NCBI GenBank assembly: GCA_043804695.1 | Contig: JAZDIV010000133.1 | Span: forward strand, 1-14,605 | Source: PVC group bacterium | Lineage (GTDB): Bacteria; Auribacterota; Erginobacteria; Erginobacterales; Erginobacteraceae | Length of the DNA stretch: 14,605 bases | Direction of reading: 5' to 3' | Part shown: one piece after another, positions 1 to 6,161 of the stretch | Layout of the letters: every line of letters starts with the position of its first letter | Numbering within the stretch: position 1 is the first letter of the stretch | Notes under the pieces: model-generated | Databases searched by the model: none | What the model was told of the DNA's origin: nothing | What the model saw: only the letters and a program-made list of their open reading frames with translations | Position numbers and translations under genes: made by a program

Positions 1-34
1 GGTCGTTTCCGCGCCTGGGAAGCCCTCTTCCCGG

Positions 35-1360
35 CTATAGAGAGATGCTGTTGGTCGATTGCAGACCGTCGGCGACTTCCCGGATGATTCCCCGCTGCAC
101 GTAAATCGGGCGGACAAGCTTGCGCAGGGCCGGAAGTCGCCGGACGAAAGCGATGGAGCCGGCAATGCAGCAGGTTCCACCGAAGATCACCATCAGCGGT
201 GCCCCGATGAACTGCGCCAGGATGCCCGCGAGCAGGCTGCCAAGCGGCACCATACCCATGAACGCCATCGAGTAGAAGCTCATCACCCGCCCGCGCTTGT
301 CGTCGTCAACGATTGTTTGCAGGACGGTATTCGTTGAAGCCATCTGTACCATCAAACCGAGTCCGATCACGGACATCACCGGCAGCGTCAGCCACAACCG
401 CGTCGACAGCCCCAGTGTGATCAGGCCGGCGCCGAACACGGCGGGCGCCCAGGCGATCACCCGCCCGAGCCCGCGCACGCTGCGCCGCCCGGCCAGGTAC
501 AGGGCCCCGGCGAGTGCGCCGACCGCGGCGGCCGAAATGAGAAAGCCTTGCGTGCGCGCGTTGCCGTGCAGGATCTGCTGGGCGAAGATCGGCAGGAGTT
601 GCGAATAGGATGCGCCGGCCAGGCTGACCAGCGCGAGCAGGAGCAGCAGAGAACGGATCGGCGGGAAGCCGAAGGCGTAGCGGAATCCCTCCCTGAGGTT
701 ATCGAGGACCTTGGTATGACGCTCGACGCGCGCGTTCGGCCGGACGCGCATCATCAGCAGCCCGGCGATCACGGCAATGTAACTGAGCCCGTTGAGCAGG
801 AAGCAAAGGGCTTCGCCCGAGCCCGCGATCAGGAGGCCGGCGATTGAGGGGCCGATCAGCCGAGCGCCGTTGACTATCGAGGAGTTCAGGGCAATAGCGT
901 TGGTCAGATCCTCGCGCCGGTCGAGCATCTGGACGAGGAACGACTGCCGGGCAGGCATGTCCAGCGAGTGGATGAATCCGAGCAGGAGCGAAAGCACGAT
1001 GACGTGCCAGATCGCGAGCCGGCCGGAATACATCAGGGCCGCCAGCATCAGGGCCTGGGCCATCGACAGCACCTGCGTCAGGATGACGAGGCGGTACCGG
1101 TCCACGCGGTCGACGAGCACGCCGGCGAAGGGCGCCATCACGAACGTCGGGATCCGGGAGGAGAACCCGACGAAGCCGAGCAGCAAGGCGCTGTGGCTCA
1201 TGCGCCAGACGAGCCAGGCGACCGCCGTCATCTGCATCCAGGTGCCGATCAGCGAGATGCCTTGGCCCATGACAAAGAGCCGGAAGTTCCGGTGCTGCAG
1301 CGATCGGAACAGCAGGCGGAAGTTCAGAGACCATTTCGACTTTCGTTCTTCTTGCGCCAT
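35..1360 (-). CDS. MFS transporter (MFS_3/DUF894, EntS/YfiS-like efflux type)
   Basis: 441-aa ORF with about 12 hydrophobic segments; N-terminal 'LQHRNFRLFVMGQGISLIGTWMQ', motif A 'GVLVDRVDRYR', 'DMPARQSF', 'RGRVMSFY'. RBS AGGAG 4 nt before the ATG. Confidence 0.93.
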   Translation of the reverse strand: MAQEERKSKWSLNFRLLFRSLQHRNFRLFVMGQGISLIGTWMQMTAVAWLVWRMSHSALLLGFVGFSSRIPTFVMAPFAGVLVDRVDRYRLVILTQVLSMAQALMLAALMYSGRLAIWHVIVLSLLLGFIHSLDMPARQSFLVQMLDRREDLTNAIALNSSIVNGARLIGPSIAGLLIAGSGEALCFLLNGLSYIAVIAGLLMMRVRPNARVERHTKVLDNLREGFRYAFGFPPIRSLLLLLALVSLAGASYSQLLPIFAQQILHGNARTQGFLISAAAVGALAGALYLAGRRSVRGLGRVIAWAPAVFGAGLITLGLSTRLWLTLPVMSVIGLGLMVQMASTNTVLQTIVDDDKRGRVMSFYSMAFMGMVPLGSLLAGILAQFIGAPLMVIFGGTCCIAGSIAFVRRLPALRKLVRPIYVQRGIIREVADGLQSTNSISL

Positions 1361-1369
1361 GAATCTCCT

Positions 1370-1452
1370 CGCCAGCGCCTCGGCTGACCGGCGCCGGCGA
1401 GACGGGCCGAAGGCGCGGATTACCTGCGTACGTGTCGAGTCGGTTATTGGGC
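1370..1452 (-). other. Degenerate integron attC-like recombination site
   Basis: - strand: R'' GCCCAAT (1452-1446), spacer AACCG, L'' ACTCGACA ... L' GGTCAGC, spacer CGAGGC, R' GCTGGCG (1376-1370), followed at once by the MFS RBS and ATG. Geometry fits attC (extra base in L''), but the cores read AAT/GCT instead of AAC/GTT. Confidence 0.55.
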
Positions 1453-1495
1453 AGACTCTCTACGCGGTTGCCAGTTGATCTGAGAACTCGTTTGA

Positions 1496-1777
1496 TTACT
1501 TGTAGGCATCTTTTCGGTCGTCGATCGTGAGGATGTAAACTACTTGTTCTTCTTGATCGACGATATAGAAAAGCCTGAACTTGCCGATTCGGTATCTCCA
1601 GGTATCGGGGGAGTGCCCCTGAAGTTTCTTGATATTATTTCCCCAAAAGGGTTCTGTCTTGATTTGGGGGTAGACAAAGGAATCGAGTTTCTTCCTCAAG
1701 AAGGTGGCGTCGCGAGATGACAGTTTCTTGATCTTTTTCAAGAACTCGTCGGTCTCAAATATGCGGAAATCAGACAA
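1496..1777 (-). CDS. Type II toxin, RelE/ParE family
   Basis: 'IKKLQG..PDTWRYRIGKFRLFY.VD......YILTIDDRKDAYK' is a RelE-type signature. The likely start is TTG at 1777, overlapping the antitoxin stop; the ORF track extends to 1801. Confidence 0.88.
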   Translation of the reverse strand: MSDFRIFETDEFLKKIKKLSSRDATFLRKKLDSFVYPQIKTEPFWGNNIKKLQGHSPDTWRYRIGKFRLFYIVDQEEQVVYILTIDDRKDAYK

Positions 1778-2009
1778 AGCGACCCCGCTTGGCTTTCGCA
1801 TCGCGAAGACCGCTCTCGATACTGCGATTCAATTCTGCGTTATCTCTGATTTCTGCCATCTCGAATTCATCTACATACTCATGCTCTTCAATAAAGCGCA
1901 GGGCTGCGGTTTCGATAAAATTCGATAGCGGGCGGTTGTCATGTTCTGCCAAGCCTCGAAATCTCTTGTATACCTTGTCATCAAGTCTCAGTGTTACAGT
2001 TTTGGACAT
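1770..2009 (-). CDS. Ribbon-helix-helix (CopG-like) antitoxin
   Basis: 79 aa; 'MSKTVTLRLDDKVYKRFRGLAEHDNRPLSNFIETAA' is an RHH pattern and the C-terminal part is acidic. RBS AGGAGG; overlaps the toxin start. Confidence 0.88.
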   Translation of the reverse strand: MSKTVTLRLDDKVYKRFRGLAEHDNRPLSNFIETAALRFIEEHEYVDEFEMAEIRDNAELNRSIESGLRDAKAKRGRFV

Positions 2010-2040
2010 TATTCGCCTCCTGAACTGTATCTACTGTCTA

Positions 2041-2080
2041 CACATAGAATACAATAGAATACATAAGAATGCAATAGAAT
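2041..2080 (-). promoter_or_regulatory. Sigma70-type promoter and probable operator of the RHH/RelE operon
   Basis: - strand: TTGCAT (2074-2069), 17 nt, TATTCT (2051-2046), embedded in four 10-bp-period repeats ending in AGAAT (+ strand). Confidence 0.65.
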
Positions 2081-2096
2081 TTATGATTATTTTTCA

Positions 2097-2215
2097 ATGG
2101 AACGCTGAGCTCAACAGCGCCCGGCAGTATAGATGTTGATGAGTAAGAATGGTCTCATGGGCATATCGAAAAGCCTCATTTAATGCGGTACTCAGGACGT
2201 CCGTTACAACGCCTT
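2097..2215 (-). other. Integron attC-like site with its R'' end replaced
   Basis: - strand: AAGGC-GTTGTAAC-GGACGTCCTGAGTA ... TACTGCCGGGCGCT-GTTGAGC-TCAGC-GTTCCAT. L''/L' boxes, 5-nt spacers, two extrahelical bases and the R' GTT are present; the expected AAC core at 2216-2218 is absent. Confidence 0.72.
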
Positions 2216-2410
2216 AATCCTGTTTAAGGACTCCTCCTTTATCATGCCTATTGGTATGATGAAGAGACTTCTCAACCCTCATCAACCCCCCGACAAATCG
2301 GGGGGATCGGGGAAAGGAGGACCTGTCCAGTACATTTTTTATGACGGAGGCCAATGCAATTCTGTACCCAGCGACTTAAATTTTACTGCGGGGTGGATCT
2401 GCATGCAAGA
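2216..2410 (+). mobile_element. IS110-family element remnant (left end: non-coding region plus transposase 5' fragment)
   Basis: About 138 nt of hairpin-rich leader, then GGAGG and a frame starting MQFCTQRLKFYCGVDLHAR, which I recognise as an IS110 DEDD transposase N-terminus (GxDLH, first catalytic Asp). The left boundary is inferred from where the attC breaks off. Confidence 0.72.
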
Positions 2411-2473
2411 CCGAATGGGAGTAGACACTTCTTGTTCGATCGAATAAGAAGTGTCTACTCCCATTCGGTTTAA
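2354..2473 (+). pseudogene. Truncated IS110 transposase (19 genuine codons, then read-through of a palindrome to TAA)
   Basis: ATG at 2354; IS110-like to 2410; the remaining 20 codons come from the 60-bp palindrome. Too short for the ORF track. Confidence 0.7.
2410..2469. repeat. 60-bp near-perfect spacerless palindrome (REP-like)
   Basis: ACCGAATGGGAGTAGACACTTCTTGTTCGA|TCGAATAAGAAGTGTCTACTCCCATTCGGT; 29 of 30 pairs, with one G/T at 2434/2445. Confidence 0.95.
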
Positions 2474-2483
2474 GCTATCTTAT

Positions 2484-2909
2484 CTATGAATCGGCGCACA
2501 GGGCATTCACGTGTCCCGCACGGCCATACTGCAGGATCGCCTGATCGGCGGTGAGGAGGGATGCCCCGGATTCACGGGCGGTGGCAATGAGCAGGCGATC
2601 AGCGGGGTCGCCGGGGAAGACGCCGGGCAGCCGGGTGCTGGAGATCGCGATGCGAGGCGTGAGTTCCGCCAGCCGGATGCCCGGCGCGGCCAGCGCCTCC
2701 CGGATCCAGCTTTGGCAATCCCCCGCCAGGACCAGGCGTCCCCCGGTCTCCAGCATCGCGACTTCCCAGACGGAGATGACCGAAACCAGCAGCCGGCCGT
2801 CGGGAACGGCTTGTTCGAGCAACCGGCGATTTCTCTTGCCCAGGCGACTGTCCCCCAGCATCAGCCACACCCACACGTGGGTATCCAGCAGGACTGAGCG
2901 CGGCATCAC
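2484..2909 (-). CDS. vapC: Type II toxin, VapC/PIN-domain ribonuclease
   Basis: 'VLLDTHVWVW', 'SVISVWEVAML', 'GDPADRLLIATA', 'LLTAD' give the PIN acidic tetrad. The start (GTG 2909 or ATG 2906) overlaps the antitoxin stop. Confidence 0.93.
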   Translation of the reverse strand: MMPRSVLLDTHVWVWLMLGDSRLGKRNRRLLEQAVPDGRLLVSVISVWEVAMLETGGRLVLAGDCQSWIREALAAPGIRLAELTPRIAISSTRLPGVFPGDPADRLLIATARESGASLLTADQAILQYGRAGHVNALCADS

Positions 2910-3130
2910 TCCGCCTCCCAGTTCTCGCCGGTTGGGGCCACGATATCACCAGTGATCGTCCCCTTCCCCTTAAGGTATCCGAACAGCGGTTGTTCCGGGG
3001 CCGGGGAGACCGGGACCAGCCGCGCCACCGCCTTGCCCCGCTTGGTGATCGTGATCGTTTCATGCGTCTCGGCCACGCGATCCATGAGCTTCAAGCACCG
3101 CGCCTTGAATTGACCTGCCGCGATCTCCAT
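2906..3130 (-). CDS. Type II antitoxin, Phd/YefM family
   Basis: 'MEIAAGQFKARCLKLMDRVAETHETITITKRGKAVARLVP' is a Phd signature. RBS GGGAGG supports the start at 3130 rather than 3226. Confidence 0.92.
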   Translation of the reverse strand: MEIAAGQFKARCLKLMDRVAETHETITITKRGKAVARLVPVSPAPEQPLFGYLKGKGTITGDIVAPTGENWEAE

Positions 3131-3173
3131 AACCGCCTCCCGCGAACACTCGACTTTATACAACTTTATCCTT

Positions 3174-3214
3174 ATGACTATAGTTATATGACCATATTCA
3201 CAGTTGATTGTCAA
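3174..3214 (-). promoter_or_regulatory. Promoter/operator of the Phd-VapC operon
   Basis: Perfect TTGACA (3214-3209, - strand); ATGACYATA direct repeats at 3174 and 3188, each within an imperfect palindrome. The -10 box is ambiguous. Confidence 0.55.
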
Positions 3215-3236
3215 GCCCTGTTTCATTGAGCTGAGG

Positions 3237-3320
3237 GCGTCCCCGGCAGCGCTGCCCGGGGGGATGCGGGACTGCCCCGAAAAGGCCTTTCGGCCGTCGG
3301 GGTAAAAAGTCCCGCGCTAC
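3237..3320. repeat. Nested GC-rich palindromes including a GTAG-type REP-like unit
   Basis: GCGGGACT (3266-3273) and AGTCCCGC (3308-3315) followed by GCTAC enclose CCCCGA..GGCC-TTTC-GGCC..TCGGGG. A separate hairpin is centred on GGCAGCGCTGCC (3245-3256). Confidence 0.75.
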
Positions 3321-3334
3321 AAGCGGGCCGGGAG

Positions 3335-4942
3335 CTACGAGGAGGGGTGGAGGAAATGGAGGAAACGCCGGAGAATGTTTTCCCGCTTCAGGGATTCCGC
3401 CACCTCGCTTTTCTTGAGCGTCTTCAGGCGTTCCAGGGCGGCGGCGTTTTTTTCGGCCCGGTCAGCGACCAGGTCGGCCAGGCAATCCGGGATCTCCGGA
3501 CGAAGGCCAAGCAGGCGGGTAAAAGCGGCCGCGCTCACTTCCAACAGCTCCACCTCGCCCCGGGCGGTCACGGTGGCGGTCCGGGGGAGCCCGGTCAGAA
3601 GAGTCATCTCTCCCACCAGCGCCCCTCCCTCGACCTCGATCTCGTGGGCCGGGAGGTTGTCCTCCGCCGCGATCGTCACGCCCAACCTCCCCCGGGTGAC
3701 GATGAAGCAGCTCTCGCCCCCCTCCCCCTGCCGGAAGACAGGTTCCCCGTCCGTGTAGCGGACGAACCGGAGGTCGCCGGCCAGGGTCCGCGCGTCCTCG
3801 TCCGCCAGGAGCGGCCGCCCCTCCCCGTCGACCAGAACGGCGGTCATCAATTCTGAGTTTACCAGGGCCCGAGCCCGTCGCTCCAGCTCCCCGTCGTCGG
3901 GGGGAAGGCGGCGCTGTCGATAGACGACCGCCATGAAGTCGTTGAGGAGCTTGTCGCTCATCGGGAAGGGTATCTCGATCGAGCGACGCTTGAACTCGTA
4001 CCAGATCATCCGGCTGACATCGCCATCGAGGGGGACCCGGTCGTAATAACGCTTGCTCCAGTAGCGGAGAACGTAGTTGATCCCGAAATCCTTGTACTCA
4101 GTCACGTAGGCGGTCGGTTTCGGCTTGCGGAGCACCTCCGGCACGCTGAGGGCGGCGCTGACCAGGGCTTCGATCACCTCACCCGGAGCGTCGGAGTAGC
4201 TGGCACCGACATTGATTTCGTGCCGGCGGACCGGCGTCGGCGTGCTCAGGTTGCGGACCACGGTCGAGGAGACAACGCTGTTAGGAACCACGATCGTGTG
4301 GCCGCCCATCGTCCGCAGCCGGGTCTCCCGCCAGTTGGTCTGGATCACCCTCCCCTCACACTCCCCGACTGAAATCCAGTCGCCGGGGACCACCGAGCGG
4401 GTCAGGTGAAGGGACATCCCGGCGAGCAAGTTCCCGAGAACTCCCTGAAGCGCGAAGCCGATCACGGCGGTGAGGAGGGCGGTCGAGGCCAGCAGGGGCG
4501 AGATGTCGACCCCGAGACCGAAGCGGAGGATGGCGAAGAGGACGAGCAGGAGGCAGACGAACCGGATGATGTTCCGGAGCAGCGCCGGGATGGGGAAAGG
4601 CCGTTCCCGCCGGTCGTAGAACTGAAGAGCGAGCGACTCCAGGAAACTCAGGAAAAAAAGAGCGGCCCAGAAGACAAGCCAGTTCTGGAGGTGCGCCGGC
4701 ATCCCGGGGGGGAATTGAATCGCCAGCTCCCGGCGGGCCAGGAAGAAGAGAGGCGGGGAAAGGATCAGGACGGCCAGGGGGAAGGCCAGCCGGCTCGCCA
4801 GATAGCGCCCGGCCCCCTGCCAACCGGCAACGGCTTCCGCGCGTTTCGCCCAGCGCCGGCAGGGGATCGTCACCAGGAAAGAAAATAACAGGATAAAAAC
4901 AAAGAGACCGATTTCAGATATAACCGGAAGGTAACTGCTCAT
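3335..4942 (-). CDS. MscS-family channel with a C-terminal cyclic-nucleotide-binding domain (bCNG-like)
   Basis: MscS core 'IGFALQGVLGNLLAG...PGDWI...EGRVIQTNWRET...VVPNS'; cNMP domain 'VFRQGEGGESCFIVTRG...GEMTLLTGLPRTATV'. Confidence 0.92.
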   Translation of the reverse strand: MSSYLPVISEIGLFVFILLFSFLVTIPCRRWAKRAEAVAGWQGAGRYLASRLAFPLAVLILSPPLFFLARRELAIQFPPGMPAHLQNWLVFWAALFFLSFLESLALQFYDRRERPFPIPALLRNIIRFVCLLLVLFAILRFGLGVDISPLLASTALLTAVIGFALQGVLGNLLAGMSLHLTRSVVPGDWISVGECEGRVIQTNWRETRLRTMGGHTIVVPNSVVSSTVVRNLSTPTPVRRHEINVGASYSDAPGEVIEALVSAALSVPEVLRKPKPTAYVTEYKDFGINYVLRYWSKRYYDRVPLDGDVSRMIWYEFKRRSIEIPFPMSDKLLNDFMAVVYRQRRLPPDDGELERRARALVNSELMTAVLVDGEGRPLLADEDARTLAGDLRFVRYTDGEPVFRQGEGGESCFIVTRGRLGVTIAAEDNLPAHEIEVEGGALVGEMTLLTGLPRTATVTARGEVELLEVSAAAFTRLLGLRPEIPDCLADLVADRAEKNAAALERLKTLKKSEVAESLKRENILRRFLHFLHPSS

Positions 4943-4974
4943 TATAAATTAGCTCGCTACGCTCGAAAATTTAT
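4943..4974. repeat. TAAATTAGC-family hairpin, degenerate copy
   Basis: TATAAATTAGCTCGCTACGCTCGAAAATTTATA-type palindrome abutting the MscS ATG; resembles the copy at 13306-13338 in inverted orientation. Confidence 0.7.
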
Positions 4975-5066
4975 ATATTAAACACATTTTACGATAACGA
5001 ACAGAGATTGATTATGATTATGAGATTAGTTCAAGTACTCCGTGTCGCCTGTTGCTTAATTTTTTC

Positions 5067-5135
5067 CTCGTTCCCACGCTCTGCGTGGGAATACAACGCA
5101 GCAGCTTTCGTTACGACGCAGAGCGTCGTAACGAG
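5067..5135. repeat. REP/REPIN-like doublet of inverted hairpins
   Basis: CTCG-TTCCCACGC-TCT-GCGTGGGAA ... TCG-TTACGACGC-AGA-GCGTCGTAA-CGAG. Confidence 0.8.
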
Positions 5136-5178
5136 AGGGAAGGGGTAGCTTACTACTTTCAAAGGGCTAAAATGTTAC

Positions 5179-5231
5179 CAAATTCCAAACCCCAAATCAT
5201 AAACAAATCACAAATCCCAAATCACAATTCC
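5179..5231. repeat. Imperfect heptamer (CAAATYM) tandem repeat
   Basis: CAAATTC CAAACCC CAAATCA .. CAAATCA CAAATCC CAAATCA CAATTCC; 5201-5228 matches 14411-14438 at 27 of 28 nt. Confidence 0.8.
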
Positions 5232-5286
5232 GGCCTGGCGAATCCTGGATTTGCGACGGTACACTACCAAATGACATCGGCCTTTT

Positions 5287-6135
5287 TTATTTTAAGACCA
5301 CTTCCATCCCCTGCCGGCCCAGCCGGGCGGTTGGAGAGACCCGGGTCAGATTTTCTTCAATTTTCTCCAGGATCGAATCGTCGGCGAGGGGATCGTGGTG
5401 GGTGACGATGAGTTGTCCGGCCCGGACTCGTTCGGCGACATCGACCGCGTTCTGCCAGGTGCTGTGCCCCCAGCCCCGGTAGTCAGGGTAGTTCCGATCG
5501 TCGTACTGGCCATCGAAAACGAGGAGCTCCGGGGGAGCGGGTTCCTGGCAGAGCAGCTCGAATGCGGTTTTCTCCTCCGCGGACGATTCATTCCATTCGA
5601 CATCGGTCGCGAACACGAAGGAAGCCCCGGTTGCCGGTTCGTCGATCCGGTAAGCGGTGGCGCCGCCCGGATGGTGAAGACCGGTCCAGCGGACCAGAAG
5701 CCATCCCCGGCGGAAGGGGCCGCCGCCGTTATCGGGCGGGAGCGTCAGGAACGTGATCCAGGCGGGAATGGTATCAATCTGGAGTGGCCAGAGAGGGGCA
5801 TCGAAGATCTTCGACACGACCTCTTCCGGTGTCCGTCCTTTCCGTTCGGGTGAGGCAATGGTAAGGCGCATCGAATCCCGATAGAGCGGCGCGAAGGACG
5901 GCAGTCCGATCAGGTGGTCGAGGTGGTAATGGGTCATCAGGAGAAAAAGCGTCGGCTCATGAGGTTCCCTGATCAGCCGCCGCCCCAGGTTTCTCAGGCC
6001 GGTTCCGGCATCGATGATGATCTGCTCACCCCCGGCTCCTTCAACCAGCAGGGACGTGGTGTCCCCGCCGTACCGTGAAAAAGCCGGCTGGGTGACGGGG
6101 CTAGTGCCGCGCACACCGAAGAAAGTAACCTTCAT
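5287..6135 (-). CDS. MBL-fold metallo-hydrolase, putative cyclic-nucleotide phosphodiesterase
   Basis: 'MKVTFFGVRGT', 'YGGDTT', 'DAGTG', HxHxDH 'THYHLDH', 'HPGG', 'GWGHS', 'THHDP'. Start at 6135 (GGAG upstream) avoids overlap with the cyclase. The phosphodiesterase role is inferred from context. Confidence 0.88.
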   Translation of the reverse strand: MKVTFFGVRGTSPVTQPAFSRYGGDTTSLLVEGAGGEQIIIDAGTGLRNLGRRLIREPHEPTLFLLMTHYHLDHLIGLPSFAPLYRDSMRLTIASPERKGRTPEEVVSKIFDAPLWPLQIDTIPAWITFLTLPPDNGGGPFRRGWLLVRWTGLHHPGGATAYRIDEPATGASFVFATDVEWNESSAEEKTAFELLCQEPAPPELLVFDGQYDDRNYPDYRGWGHSTWQNAVDVAERVRAGQLIVTHHDPLADDSILEKIEENLTRVSPTARLGRQGMEVVLK

Positions 6136-6161
6136 ATTTTTTTGCTCCGCAAAAAAATATA

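Noticed and set aside
2244..2447. 67-aa + strand ORF
   Set aside because: It runs across the IS leader and the palindrome in a different frame from the recognisable transposase fragment.
3131..3226. N-terminal extension of the Phd ORF (likewise 6136-6228, 1778-1801 and 9754-9780)
   Set aside because: The extensions cover promoter sequence or overlap neighbouring genes; better RBS-supported starts lie downstream.
5052..5405. 117-aa + strand ORF
   Set aside because: It is built from REP-like and heptamer repeats and overlaps the hydrolase antisense.
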